Source: Lytechinus pictus | Taxonomy: Eukaryota | DNA: 64,000 nt | Assembly (NCBI RefSeq): GCF_037042905.1 | Contig: NC_087245.1 | Location: 3,598,001 to 3,662,000, forward strand | Direction: 5' to 3' | Shown: positions 13,408 through 28,100 of the stretch, piece after piece | Layout: every line of letters starts with the position of its first letter | Position numbering within the stretch: position 1 is the first letter of the stretch | Program-made: the position numbers and the translations under genes | The notes under the pieces: model-generated | The model's database searches: none | Seen by the model: only the letters and a program-made list of their open reading frames with translations | Told to the model about the DNA's origin: nothing

Positions 13408-14278
13408 GGGGTGTGTTTATGCTTTCATTGCATAGACAGAATCAGCGTTTTTAAACGTCGTTTCAGAATGCCAATCAAAACGTGGTGCTGGGAGTGCTGT
13501 TTATGCTTAAATTTTCAGAGGCGAAATCACTATCTCCAGCTGGATTCGCATTGTAATTTTCTTTGAACAGGAAAGTGAGATCGAATTCAGCGTGCCCTTT
13601 TTTGAAAGTTTATTTTTTCCACGTATTGTTTTGGTCGACTATTATTTAAACATAGAACAATTTCCAATATTTTAGTAATTGCATGGAGCTACTTGACATA
13701 GCCATAGAATTTCTACCATGGTGATGATAATAGTAAGACAAAATAAAGAATATTAAAGTATACATAAGGAAATAAGACATCTATTTGTTTATGCTACTGG
13801 GGCTTCTATCTTAGCGATGTCTCCTCATCGTAACTCATGTTCCGGGTTTATTGTGAATCCCTCAACATTCATCGTGATGACAAATTAGAACAGTATAGTT
13901 ATAGTACTTAAATCACACATGCAAATGTACATTGGTCATTATTAGAACCAGGGAAATGAGAGGTAATTCCGGGGGGGGGGGGGGGTAAGTCCCTCTTAGA
14001 ACAATGTGACTGTATTCGCCCGCGGATTTTCCACCTCACCGGAAGCATGTACCAAATTACGTAATTTAAACACGTTTACGATCGTGGTTCTGTTTATACT
14101 TCCCCAGAAACCCTGATTCTGTTCAAACAACATTTTGAAATGTACCTTTTTATGAGTTTACGATCGGCGTTCTGAAACGTCATTTAAATGAAAGTAAGCA
14201 TGGACGCAACCGTGTTTTGGACTATTCACGTATGGAAACGCTGATTCTGGCCTGAAAAGTGGCAGCATAAACACGCCC
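13408..14278. mobile_element. Non-autonomous Harbinger-like element (about 870 bp)
   Basis: TIRs GGGTGTGTTTATGC / GCATAAACACGCCC and subterminal inverted CAGAATCAGCGTTT / AAACGCTGATTCTG. TSD is ambiguous. Confidence 0.75.
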
Positions 14279-14432
14279 AAAGTAATCACACCTCATCCTC
14301 ATCCTGAAAATCATAAACAGAGTCAATGGTATTTATACACTTTGGATATGAGGAAAACTTGAATTACATGAGATTACAAAGATATGTGACAGGATAAATT
14401 CATTTTAAAAGAAATAGTGAAAAAAACACAAT

Positions 14433-14950
14433 AACCCTGTTCTATTTACAGTCCTAAAACTAGTTGAGTGGAAACGAGTGTAGTGGAAACTCGTTTAACA
14501 TGTAATGGGAACGCTCAAATGGGTCTTGGACACCGTTCTCATTACGCTTTCTAAAACTAATTTACTGGAATCCGATTCAGGAAACCAGTTTGGAAGATCG
14601 CTTTGCTAGCGTTCCCAATTGATCACACGAAAGTGGTTTTTAAAATCACTTCATGTAAAGTGGTCTTGTTGCTATGGAAACACTCTCAGTGGGGTGACAT
14701 TTTTCGTGCAAAATTCGAAACCACAGCGTAGGCATTCTACACCTGTCGTGTGCAGTAGGGCGCTCAAAATGTGCGAAGATCGCTTCCCGAAGAACGGTTG
14801 TGTCCTCCCTTACGCTAAAACCAGTTTAACAAGGCAAAGCGATCTTGAAAACTACATTGCGAGGTGGTTTTCCAAACTGGTTTGGAAGATCGCTTCCAAG
14901 ACCGCTTCGACCGTTCTCACTACGCGTCAAACTAGTTTCCACTAAACTAG
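14433..14950. mobile_element. Two abutting partial copies of MITE family C in opposite orientation (14433-14528 and 14529-14950)
   Basis: 14529 onward matches the start of 36172-36607; 14433-14528 matches the reverse complement of that element's right end. Confidence 0.75.
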
Positions 14951-15461
14951 TGACAGATAAAATGTCCTACAAGTCCTTTCATGAAATGCTCCCCTTATCA
15001 GAAAGGGGTGGGGTGGATTTAATAGATAGCAGTCAGCTAAACAGAAACAATTTCTTGTGAAATAAAAAAGTGTGTAGAATAAAAAGTTTGTTCCACTTTG
15101 TGAAGATATTAACACAGTTTGATGAGTCTTCAAACCACATAAATACCAATGCCCCTGCTATCAGTCTGATTATTTCCTATTCCCATTAGATATCAGGAAT
15201 TGTTTACTGATTGGTGTAATTCAGGTAACAGGTGGATTTCTCATTATTACCTGGTAATATCATGACATTGTTGGTTAACCTTGTAAACTATTTGTTTCCT
15301 AATTCTAGAAATAGTTATCACAGCTTCAAAATGCTGCAGCTCAAATTGTAAAATTGTGAAACAAATTCTCACATATAACCCCAATTCTGAATTCGCTGCA
15401 ATGGCTCCCTATCAAGAATTGGATAACTGTTATTGCATTCATGGATCTGCTCCCAAATACT

Positions 15462-15653
15462 ATGGTGGCCCTGAAGGGACATCGCAAATAGACCAAATCG
15501 AGAATTATTCACGACGTCGCCAATTTGAATATTGACGACGAAATTCACGATGTCGTGAATTTCGTCGTCAATATTCAAATTGGCGACGTCGTGAATTTCG
15601 TCGTGAGTAATTCGCGATTTGGTCTATTTGCGATGTCCCTTCAGGGCCACCAT
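15462..15653. mobile_element. Fully palindromic (foldback) MITE, ATGGTGGCCCTGAAGGGAC termini
   Basis: About 90-bp arms with a 2-nt loop, one mismatch and a 12-nt bulge. CpG-rich against the background. Confidence 0.85.
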
Positions 15654-17689
15654 TTAATACAATCTTTCTTTTATCAATTACATACCCACTTGGTCTCTTC
15701 AACATCTCGTTTGCTTGTGGTTACAAAAGTTTCAAAAACTTGGGGGAAAGATCCTTTGCTCATGCGTGCCCCATACTAAGGAACAGACTTTTTGAAGACA
15801 TCAAAAATTGTATCTCTGTTAAGTCTTTCAAATTTTTTCTTAAAACCTTTCATTTTACTTCTTAATTTCTTTATGTGGCTTGAATACTCTACAGAGTGGA
15901 TTTGGCGCTTTATAAGTCATATGTATTATTATTATTATCATTATTATGATAGATAAGCATTTAAAATGACAAATTTGTTTCACCGTTGTTACACCCATGT
16001 TTATAATTGTTAAATTGATCTGAAAGAAATATTCACAGAAAATGCTTATACATGTAAAATACAGGAATTGGCTGTATATTTTTAATCAACACAAATGAAT
16101 GAATTTTAGCATAAAATTTGACCATGTCGTAGTAACACCATCAATTCAATGTAGCAACCAACAATTTTTGTCTGTACAGAATTTGATCATTTCAAATGTA
16201 AATAGTAATAATGAAAAAAATGTATTAATGTCAATTTTAGAGCTGTGTGTTGTCAGGGCCCTGTATACATCATGTCTTGAGATACTATGAGATATAATAG
16301 GCAGGCAGGGAGTCCTGTTATAGGCATTCAAAGAAAATATACCTGTCGGAAAAGCCTATTAGTGGAAAATTCATTTGACAAATTCCATGCAAATTTTAAG
16401 CTGCACTTCATAATCTTTAGAGACAAAATTCCCTACAAAGCTTGTATGCTAGATTAGTCATATATGCAAGTCAACTGTGAAATTGAGTAGGTTAAAACTG
16501 GTAGGATTGAAGATAAACTTCCATTATGAGTGACTTAAGGAGGAACCTACCTCAATGATTGGAAATATACAATGGACTGAAGAATTATTAGTGTCGGCCT
16601 CTACTGTAAGATTTAGAAGTCGCATAAATGAAAAGAAGACCGAAGGTCATCTGCTGAGAGTTACATGCTCTGCAATACCGCATTTAAAAATGTATAAATA
16701 CACACAATCTTATTGTATGTTTCAGCTGCTTTGTGGGGTCATGGCTTTCATGTGAGGACATCAAGAAGCAAGCATTTGCTTCATGGCATTGGACATTTAT
16801 ACTTGTTCTTTTTCCTTGGTTCTTTCTTCCTTTATATCATTAGACTTTCAGTCAGTGTTGTATGATAAAGAAAAAAATATTGCCAAATAACATGTTAACA
16901 TGAACTATTTCTGCTAAGGTCAAAATATTTTAAAGCATTGTCTGAGATGAAAAACCCTAATGTGTTGAGTCGTTTGCAATACACAGAGCATGATGATCAG
17001 TTTGTTAATGGGAGAAGATAATATCAGAGATTGTTGATTTCTCCAAGTGCTCCAGTCAGTAGTTGGTGAAAGTGTTAAGTGAGGAAAACTAGTTTTGAAG
17101 CAATGTGCATTCTAGGGACATTATATATTATTTTAGTTTCCTGTTTTTGAAGAAGTAGAAGTACTTCTTTGATGAATCATCACCATGAACCTTACCCATT
17201 AAAGATTTAATAGGACTAAGGAGTTCCTTGATGGGGACCAGACAACAATGTGGTAATATTCCTGACCAATAACAAACACTTCCATTGTCCTGTTTTCCTG
17301 CCATAGACTTCCAGGCCAGACATGTTTATTTTGATTCAATTTCTTATGTGGTTCACTACTCTCAATCCCTGTCAAAAAGCTTATCCAAGTTTACCAAAAG
17401 TTTGTTTTCACAATGTTCACACCTGAGGAAGTCTAATGCTTCCTTCAGATTTTGTGGGATGGGGTATAAAATAGGAAATATCAAATATTAAAAAAGCTTT
17501 GAAATGGTGTAGGCCTATTTATTTCACCTGTTTAAATTACAAGTAATCAGATAATGATAGTTGTAAATCATGAAGACTTGTAGGTTTCCCTTTTAAAACT
17601 TACAATTTCCCTTCAATTGTTTTAAAAAAATAGTTACATTATTTCTTACATACATATTTTTAAATGAAAATGAGCTTAAAAGTCAGAGT

Positions 17690-17911
17690 TGGAAGAAAAT
17701 ACACACATCGGCCAAAATTTTGCCAAATTTTTTCAAAATTTTCAAAAGGTACCGGGGCATTATTCAATCAGAATGTTTCTGAGTACTGCTTTGCAGCAAA
17801 CTATTCTACTGTTTTTTTATGACCATTTAAAAAAAAGTCGAACCATACTGCATACAATTTTTTGTTCCATGATCATTCATCTAGGTGTAAAAACAACTCT
17901 TGGCCACCCTG
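17690..17911. mobile_element. Probable Tc1/mariner-type MITE fragment (one terminus)
   Basis: Ends ...TGGCCACCCTG followed by TA, a CAGGGTG-type terminus. The partner terminus was not found and the left boundary is approximate. Confidence 0.35.
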
Positions 17912-20900
17912 TAATAAAGGTTACTAGGTCAGTGTTTATTATTGGACCAAACAGAGAAAGTGGGAAGGAAAAGATAGCTGTGAAATATTTGTTGATACTT
18001 CTGGAAGTTTTTTGTACCTACTTTTAGACCCAATCACCCATCTAGCAAGACAGCGCTGGTTCTCATAAAGCAGTAAATCTTGTTTCAATCTTCTACGTGA
18101 TTCCCTTTCATTTATCAGTTTTCTGCAGCAGCTTTCATTTTAGCACCTTCTATCAAGATTCTCCCGAGTAAATTGATTATGGTGAAAGGTGTGATGTTAT
18201 CAGTATGTACAAATACAGGAAGAAATGGTATTAAATGGTGTCTGCTTCACATCCCCATTCTTGATATATAGAAAAGACCCCAAAAGAAGACAGACTCTAC
18301 ATTCATTGATGTTTAAATTTCAACAGAAAAGAAAATGTTTCCATGTCTCTTTCTAGAACGTGTTCCAAACATGAAAACAAAAAAGCAGACAGAGAAAGAG
18401 AGATTAAACATAAATGCCAATTATGGTAACCATCTCAACATGAGTTTGAACAGAATCCATTAAAATGACCACCCAAGTGTCTTTATGTACATGAATGCAA
18501 AGTATGTGCCAAATTGTTCTGGTAGAAAATGTGTAGCATAATTGCCGAGACATGAGCAAAGTGAGCATCCAGCAAGATGTAGGATTGGGTAGGATCTATT
18601 TTCAAGTACTGATAATAGACTGTCCTTCATGTATTCATAAATATGTGTTGGTGATCTTTGGTGTAACTAGTTTTCAGATAAGAATTAATGATTTGATGAT
18701 TGTCAGACATGGCAACATGTAATTGATTCAGGTGAGGGTTTTATACCTAATTTCTCGGTGAAAACTAAATGTCTATGGCTTTATGCAGAAGAGTATGTTG
18801 ATAAACAAGTGTATTTTTATGAGCTGTAAAAAAATCATGGTTGAGCAAGCTGGGCCTATAATTTTAAACTTGTTCATTTAATAAAAGTCAGGTGAGATAC
18901 ATGTATGTGCAGATGGGGGCAGTATGTCTACATGTCTATACTACAATAAGGTCAAGTTGGCTCTGCCAAAGTTAACCATAATTTGTCAAAATAGGGCTAA
19001 GGGTGAGATTTATTTCTAGATGTTAGGCAAGTTGAAGCCAAGGATGACTAAAGGCAAAGGTAGATGTGTATCTGAAGTTAGAAGATCAGGGAATTCTGGA
19101 TATCTGGCAACCCAGATGATTGGTTCTTGAACTTATTGTCATACAACTATTTTGAATCTAAATCATTTGGGGGAATGTTGGCATTTGAGTAGTTGTTCAT
19201 TTCACCAGGGATGCTCCTATCACTGTCAAGAACATCAATAGAATACCTAGCTTGATGACTCCTTAGATAAACATGATGAAGATGCTGGGATACCCTAATG
19301 ACCTTGCACACATAGCAAGCATAGCGCAGCACTCACTGTCAATGATAATAATGACCAGGCATAGATAGGCCCTTTGGTCTAATTGCACGTGTAATATTAC
19401 AACGTTTTATAAAAAAAGATATAGGCCTGATAGTCTCCTTGCTGTAGTGGTTATGGACATCTGTGCTCTTCATGTTTAACCTAAGGCGATGCCAGGTCCA
19501 ATGTCAATTGTTATGTCAAACTTGAAATGATGTAGTTTTTAATATTTTGCCACTCTTGTTAAAAAAAAATTATTCAGCCAGGGCTAATCTGGTGTATGTA
19601 GGCCTATAGGTCAAGTGTATAAACACCACATTATATTCCATGACTCATAATTTGAAAGGATATTCTTTCATCTAATAAATGGCTCAATATTGTAAACATC
19701 ATAAAACAGGAGCCTATTGATCTTACCGTTTGACTGAAGTTCAGCCTTTTATTTTCAACTGGAAGAATGAATTTGATCTTCAAATTGATTTACAATATGA
19801 TGGATATCTTGTTGCCTTCTGGTGACATGATTAAAGAATGAAATTATTAATAGTATTTTGAATTGGTAAACACTTGTCATATATGAACAATTGATTTGTT
19901 TGACTTGACAGAAGTATTCTCACACATTGCTAAGCTTATTCCATACTAGTCCATAATATGAAAGGTACTCTCCAAAATATTTAAACTAAATTTAATTTCT
20001 TCTTTTAAAGTGATAAGAGGTATGAAGTAGCCATAGGCTAAGAAATCACAATTATTGAATATAACAATAAATGGGATTTGATTTCAGTCACCTTCAAATT
20101 CACATTTATTGAGTAGTTACTTTCTTTCATAGCATTCTTCAGACTGGCACCTGTCATTTTGCAGTGCATGCATGAGAGAAAGAGAATTTGCATTCTTGAA
20201 CACTCTATATGTTCTTCCATCAGTTGGGTTTTAGTTCCACAAGTTTGAAGACATCTTATATAATCTGCTTTTGGAATTTTAGCCTGCCTCTGACCTTGAT
20301 TTTCCCATGTAAATATATGTATGGCTTTGAAATACTCTCACAAAGTGGTGAAAACGCTCTAATATCGTTGAAAAAAATAATTTGTAGTTACACATGCCCA
20401 TATGTTCAAGATACAAATGATAGTTCGCATCTTGATGCAATTTTTTTTTTCTGAAGTAAATTCTCTGATGAATTAAAAAGTATATTTTCATGCCAAGAAG
20501 TATGAATGGTTCAATTTATTTGTGAAGATAGCGAGTGTCTCCATCATGGTATCGAAGTCTGAACTAATTGTGTTTCCACTATAATTGTAATAAAAATATT
20601 AAAAGGGAGAATAGTATGAAGCAGGATATTTTTGGACTCCACAATACCAATAATGGCAGATGCTTTTAAATTTGTGGTTTTTAAAGGTAGCATGGCACTG
20701 ATTTATTTCACAAGTCATCAATTAGATTGAGTTCAATGTTTACCATAAACTGCACCCAGCAAGTTCAAAAGGCTCTATGAAACCACAAACTTCCATTTTT
20801 CCCCCATGCCTTTCTTATTTAAACTAAAGTATCAAAGAATAGACACCTTGTGAAATCTCTGCAGGCGATAAAGGGGTTGTGTACTCAAATAAACTCTACT

Positions 20901-21689
20901 GCAAACAAGCCCCATGTTGGTTTCAAAACCCAACATAACACCCTCCCTATCCCACCACCTCTGGGCTCTTTAAAGGTACCATAAAGCATGGTAAAAAAAC
21001 ATATTCAGGGAACAGATAAGCACTTATTCCTTGAGCTCTACAAATTGAAGGTAAACTCATTGTTAAACAGATAGGAGATTCTGAAGGATTTGTGTATATA
21101 AGCTCAATAGAAAATCTAAAAGAAACCAGAATTAAGCTACACAATTATGTAGTTTAAAAAAAGTATCATATGGGATAATCTATGGATTTGAAAAAGGGTG
21201 TCACCCCAATGACCCCCTTCTGTTTTGAGGACAATTCTTTTGTTGACAACTCTTTTGTTAAATCTAAAGAAATATTCCCCCAAGAGTAGGTGTAATTAGA
21301 TATTGTCTATGCCACATGTAAGTCATCCCTAATTCCACACAATCGTGATATTACATTCAAGATTCTATTGGTCAATGTACGAATACAAAGAAAATTTGGT
21401 TTACAATGGCTATAACAATAAGTATACACAAAGATGAAAAGTACAATATATAACAATATTGAAATACATGGAACAACCACAATAAATCATTAATAACTCT
21501 CTGCAATTACTTTAATACCCCTAAAATTCATAATGCCTATGGATGATGATAAAAGGTCTGTATGCTGCTATAACACCCCCCCCCATCCTAGTATATGCGG
21601 AAAATATTCATCATTAAATTTCACACACAATAAATGTAGAAGAAATAGTAAACATAAATAACATTTGTACAAGACAATGGTGAAAGTAA

Positions 21690-21823
21690 GTTAGAGAGAA
21701 GGAGATGAAAACAAAGGAAGAGAAATAAAAGAAGATGAAGAAGAAGAAGATGATCAAAGAGTAGAGAAGAAATAGGAGAAGGAAGAAGAATAAGGAGAAA
21801 GAAGTAGGAAGAAAAAAAGGAGA
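21690..21823. repeat. Purine-rich (GAA/GA) low-complexity tract
   Basis: AAGAAG/GGAGAA runs are directly visible. Confidence 0.75.
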
Positions 21824-21929
21824 ATATGATGTCATCGTGTTACATTTGAGTTGAATAAAATATATGACATCATTGTGCTACGTTTGAGTTGAATAAAAAA
21901 TATGACATCATTGTGCTACATTAGAGTTG
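21824..21929. repeat. Minisatellite, about 38-bp unit x about 3
   Basis: ATATGACATCATTGTGCTACRTTTGAGTTGAATAAAA repeated head to tail with no spacers. Confidence 0.85.
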
Positions 21930-23950
21930 TACATATGTATAGAATTTGTATTAAAGGAGTCCCGATAACATGAAGGAAGAGTGTGGGGTGGACACAGCTG
22001 TATTCCAGAACGGTTAAACCCGTAACAATCAGGGAGTGAGAACTACCTGCCATTAATATAGTCTGACTTTGGTAAGTAGGCGTTCTTTACAAAGTGCCTG
22101 GACTGGGAACAGTTCTATTCCTATCACCCTTTGTGCAACTCGTCGCGTGCGATCTACTCTGCGTTTTTGCTCATTTGACAAATTGCCAAAAGTACATATC
22201 AGGTGAGAAAAATCCAATAAATATGACAAATGACAATTTCACACTGATGTTTTCTTATTTTCCTCTCTGATTTGGGACTCTGTTCTTTCATTAATGTTGC
22301 CTTTAACCAATCTTTTCTAGTATCAAACCTTAACTGTAAATAATGGAGCAGATTCAACCACTAAAAAACATAGATGAGACCAGCTCTTTGGTGGCCCTCA
22401 ATGCATTAATGACGATTTTCTGCTTTTGTTATGGATCGTAGTTTTTCCAGAGATAATAGATTTGTATATTGTTTTGTCTTCCTATGAAAAGAATTTGGAC
22501 TTGAATCTATTCACTTGACTGCCAATACTTGTATTCAAGAAAAGGCTGGAGGGACAAGAATGCCCCTATTATGGGATCCTAGCAGGTGGTAGGAGGTCCT
22601 AAATCTGGGTGTGTGACTCATGAGGTGACCAGTCATACCAATCCCTCTAGAAAGTTAGATCATGGAGGCTTTCTACCTCAATAGCTCTATGGTTGAATCA
22701 AGGCTTGCCAGTATATATGCTAGAAGTAGAACGGTGGTTTTCTTTTAATTCTATCAAGATAATTATGAAATATGCACTTTAAAATTTTGTTAACGTAGAT
22801 GGGGCTCTTTAATATTGATGAACGATAAGGAAATCAGAGAGCCGACATCAATTTTGATGTTTGCGGTGCAATTGTCCGAAAACTGAATCACGGAGCGGAA
22901 AGCATGTTGCGATTTGCTTATTGCATTTCTGCAAACAGAACCGCAGAGCTAAAACCATGTTCTGATTATGTTTTTGATATATAAAAACACAAATTTAGAA
23001 TGAGAAACCAGAAAAAACCCAAAAGTATTTCTGATTTCAATTTTCTGTTTTTGATCTACAAAAACGAAATCACAACACGTTTTTCTCGTTGTTATTTAGT
23101 TTTTTGTTTTGAAACACCAAACCACAGGGCTGATTTCCGTTTTCGCTTCTTCATGATTGGAACAGAAAAAAAAATTATCCATTAGTACCTTGATTAATGT
23201 TGGCCTATTTTTTACATTTTATTACCAAGCATTGACTATTAAAATTATATTCATTCTGTGCACAGTGCAAATCATACCTCAAATATGTAGCAGAGCAAGA
23301 TATTGGTCAGAATTCACAAAGGTGGTTTTTAAAACCATCAGTTGAACCCATGGTTTATGCAGGTTTCCTGTATAAATTACGCTTAGTTACGGCGTATATT
23401 AAAAAAAAAATTGCAGTTACCAAAATTTATATTTGTGTTTTTAATCAATATTCATGTCTGTGATTCTTGCTTATGACTTCGCATAAACACATCCTTGCAT
23501 CTCAAACTAAAGTCCCTCCTCCCCCCAAAACACACCCTCTTTGTTGCTCTCCTTTTTCCTCTCTCTTTCTCTCAACCACTTTTCTGACTCCTGAGATTTT
23601 CTGCATATAGCTGTTGATATGTCATTTGAGCATGTATGAGTCATCCTAAAGTAAATGTTGATGGATGAAAAATGAAGGATTAATTCTCATTAAATTGGTC
23701 CCACCTGAGGCTGGCTGATACCTGCTGAATAATTAGGATACTTTAGGCTAGATTTAGGAGCCAAGTTTAATAGTAGAAGGGGTCAATTCTGACTCCCTCC
23801 ACAGTATGTGGTCAGCCGGTGACAAAACCCTAGCCGATGACAGTGTTGAGGCAGGGGGTGATGACTGGGATTAAGCTTGAAGAAAGAGATGAAGAATTGA
23901 TTCTGGTTGAGGAAGCAGAAGTTTCAGGGAGATGGTGAAAGAAACACAGT

Positions 23951-24426
23951 AGGTGGTTTCAAACCGCCTCGATCACAAGAATCCCCGTTAAATTACGAGA
24001 ACATTTTTAGGCTAAAAAATACCCATTAAATATTCCTGCATTCACACCGCCCCGAAACATACCCTTCGGGATAAATTCCTGAAGTTAGGAGCATGCGCAG
24101 TATGGTCTCATAAGCAGGCAAGGCGCGAGATTCAAAACCACTAGCCCAGCAGCCACCCATGGCGCCCGCGCCCAACGACACGCTGTGCTAAAAGTTCCCG
24201 TAAATTGCTTTCACATTGCCAAAATACCTGCCACCTTGAAAAAATCCCCGCGAAAGTTCTCGTAATTTTGCCAAGTACCTACTATTTAGCGGGTATTTTC
24301 TTTCGGGGAAATTACGCGTAGTTTGCTTTCACATTACCAAAATACCTGGTATTTTCTGATCGGGGTAAGTTTCCCGATCAGAGAACACCTGGAACTGACG
24401 AACTTCGAGGCGGTCTGAAATCACCT
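23951..24426 (+). mobile_element. MITE family A, TSD AGT
   Basis: Near-identical to 11510-11985; AGT on both sides. Confidence 0.9.
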
Positions 24427-24781
24427 AGTTTCAGATATGCCCTATGGAAAGATGCATTTTATGTATAAATAATCAGCAAATGAATATAAATATACAGATG
24501 AAGGATAGTAATATTGTAGATTTGTATAGAGTGCCCACAACAAAGACGCTTGTGGTGCTTGTTAAGCAACAGTTATCTTGTATATAAACAAGCCAAAATA
24601 TTATCAAATCTAATAATTAACCGAATACCTCAAATTTACACTTTGCCAAAGTTACGCAAATGAAGAAACACACAAACAATTTTAAGTCTTCTATAGAGAT
24701 AAAGAGAGACACAATGATGCAAGCGTGAGCAGGGAGATAGGAGGGATAGGAAAGTGAAGATGTTGAGAGACATTAGGAATA

Positions 24782-25185
24782 TTCAGACCGCTGCGAAGTT
24801 TTGTAAGTTCCAGGTAATCCCTGATCAGAAATTTAAAATACCAGGTATTTTTGCCACTGTGAAAGCAAAATACTAGTAACATTCTTGAAAGAATGTACCC
24901 GCTACTTGATGAAATTATGAGAACATTCACAGGGATTTTCCAAGTTCGTGGGTATATTGGTGGTGTGAAAGCAAATTACAGGCATTTTCTCAACCCAGTG
25001 AGCAGTAGATGCTGTGGCCTCACCTGCTAATCAGATCATACTCTATGCATGCTTATAAGGGTCTGGTTCGGGCCAATGTTAATGCGTAAAATAATTATTA
25101 GGTGTTTCATGGCCTAAATAAGTTCTCGTAATTTAACAGGTACATGTATTCTGGTGATCGAGGCAGTCTGATTGTCTGAATACAC
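24782..25185 (-). mobile_element. Diverged inverted copy of MITE family A
   Basis: TTCAGACCGCTGCGAAGTT...GTGAAAGCAAA...GTTCTCGTAATTTAAC...GTGATCGAGGCAGTCTG is collinear with 12638-13115. Confidence 0.75.
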
Positions 25186-28100
25186 CAACTAAAGTAGAAA
25201 GATAGAGATTCAAGTTGAGATTGAAAGGAAGACAAAGAAAAAGAAGAGAAATATTGCATGCCTGAAGCAATGAATTTGTAATGGTAGGTAATCCCTGATG
25301 ATTAGGATCAAAGGAGGTACACACTCAAAAGGGAAAAAATATATCAATTGGTGATAAATTACCCATGAAATGAAACTTGATTTTGTTAATATTCACCAAG
25401 ATAAGGCCAACATTGACTCATAAGAAAGGAATTCTGCATAACATGATTTTTTAGAACAGAATGATGTCATTATACAGTGATACCTGAAACTTAGTTTCAT
25501 GTGTCAATATTATTTCCATCTTGTAATGCCCTTCAAAGTCAACTAGTCAAGGTCATAATTTATTGCTAAATTACTTTTAAAGGGAGATAATATGTCGGGT
25601 TCAATTTCCATTTTTTGTCTGCATTGCCATTTAACTAGGTCTACTGAAATATTTCAATTTTTATATCAATATATTATTTTAATTGGTATTTCTTTATATT
25701 AACCCAAACAAGAAATCCTGGTTATGGGAGAGTTGAGAAAGTTCATAGTTGAGTTACTTTAATTGATTTCAATTGACTTTGAATTGTATTTGATGGATAG
25801 AATAGCTTGAGCTATCTATTTTTTTTTTACTATTATTGTTGCCAGCTTACTGCTAGTGAAATTATGGTTTGGTGATTCTAAATCTTTAAGTATTCCATCA
25901 AGGGTAACATTAAGAAAAAAAATAATAAAACAAAGAGACAATTGATAAAACGATACATCAGAAGTAGCCGCGTTTGATTTAATACAGTTTATCAGCATAG
26001 CTCCATGTCTCCATGTATAGAGTTTAATTCGACACCAAGTCAGCAATTGCAATGGCTCATTTACGATGCTAAATAGGTGTTCAATATCGTAAAAGAAACG
26101 TGTCTCTGAAAGTTGCAATTGTTACATTATTCTTTGCAAATAATCCATCCACTAAAGTTTGAATGTTTCTGATAGAATAATGCCAAGCCCCCTGGTATCC
26201 ATAGAAACCTGTATGCTCAAATATGCTCTTTATCACCAATGTAGGAATTAATAATGGGGAATTAAGGATGATAAATCAGTGACGGCATCTGCCTTTGATT
26301 AAGTGTCTATGAAGTTCACTATCCCTCAGGGCATGATTTCAATACCTTTTTATCATGTTAAAGATTTTGATGTTTGTTTGAAGAGAAGAGTAATATTGGT
26401 GTATAATCAATTTTGAGGTCTGGAATATTTTGTAATCATGAGACTGAAGGGACTGACATCGACTTGTAGTTCCAGAGGGATAAAGTAGTGTATTTCCTCA
26501 AATTCTACTAGAGGTGCAACATATTACTTATGTTTTTCGTTCTTATTCTGTCATGATAATCAACTGTCCCAAAGATTTGTTATGTATTTTAAAGTTCATA
26601 CTCAATTTTTTTTCTGATACACACTATTGACACAGGCATATCTTATTTGTTTGTTTATGATTGCAATTATTTGCAATTTAAGACACAAGCCATTCAAATG
26701 TGACTTGAAATCCATTTCCTGGTATTTTGACAAATTGATTACAAAGTTAAAGAAGAAATATCACTTTTCAACTGTCAAAAGCTGGTTTTGTAAATCATAT
26801 GTGACATAAGAATAAGATCATATCATGTTAAACATTTGCAAATAATATCCAACTATAATTTAATTATCATCCCCTCCCTGGAGGCCCCACATTTTTGCAC
26901 TCACTCAACCCCCCCCCCCCTATTTTACACCTGAAAGCAGTCCTAGACTCAATAGATATATTTGCAACCCTTCCCAGGAATTATTGCATGAAATTAAATA
27001 AAATCAGGGAAGCGCAGGAATTCTATTGAATCTGTTTGACATTGGCTAAACATATATTTCCTGATAAATTAGATGCACTCACCTTTGTGATGCACCAAGG
27101 TAAGAAGGAAGTCCTAGAAAAACTGAGATTCCACAATCAAAACAAGGTTCATAGTACTTTATATCAACCTGCTAGTAATCGGTTTCATGATGTTATTATT
27201 TGTTGCTATGGAAACTTCTATTTTTTGGTCTTCTTTCCTTCTCTACCCATGTATCTGTAAATGACCTTCCTCAAAACCCTCATGTGAATCTAGAAATATT
27301 TCCTTTTTATATATTTCTAAAGAAAGTACATGGAACAATGAACTATTGAAGAGAAAATATGGATTTTATGAATATAACATTTGATAAGGATGACATCATC
27401 TTACTTTTTAAAGAAGTGATTATGCATTCTTTTATTTTTGAAATTGCAAACCTTTTACTGACTCTTCTTGGAGCTTTTATGACTGTCCCTTGAGGAAATG
27501 TAATTTTCGCATATTCCTTGAATTGCAAACTAGGCCATGGGCTAGATATTACACATTTTCATGTGTGATTCATTCATATTCCGATCATTTTCACCTCCTT
27601 ATATTATTCTTTTTATCATATTACTCAATTCATAAGAAGGATGGATACCCTGTATGAAAATTGAATAATAACTTCAGGGTGTTGAAAATAAAATCATGAT
27701 GTTGTGTGTTTTTGCATCTCTATTGAATTGTCCAGCAAGCCAGAAGGAATGTTTTTTTTTCTCACAAATTCTAGGTTAGAAAAATTTTCTGTTGCCTCAG
27801 ATTTAATGTAAACCATATCAGAAGCCTTACTACCTCACATCCCTCCTTTAAACCTCCTCTTCCACATCTGTCCCTCTGATATTGTTTTATTTAAGTTGTC
27901 AAGACAGAGATTTAATTGATTCTCTGGGATCTTGTTATAATATTCTTGAAAGAAAATACAAATTTACTTTATTGAGTTCCTCAAGGTCTTTAATGGTATT
28001 TGTATAGAATAAAACACTACTCTGCCAAAAAAAATTGAAATGATTTTACTAAATGTTTGGTATCCATTTTAATTTTCTCTGTTTAAAAGTTCCTCAGTAT

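Noticed and set aside
15369..15779. Two ORFs both starting MNIDDEIHD on opposite strands
   Set aside because: Mirror artefacts of the palindromic element.
21824..21929. About 38-bp direct repeats as a possible CRISPR array
   Set aside because: Head-to-tail repeats without unique spacers, no cas genes, and a eukaryotic context.
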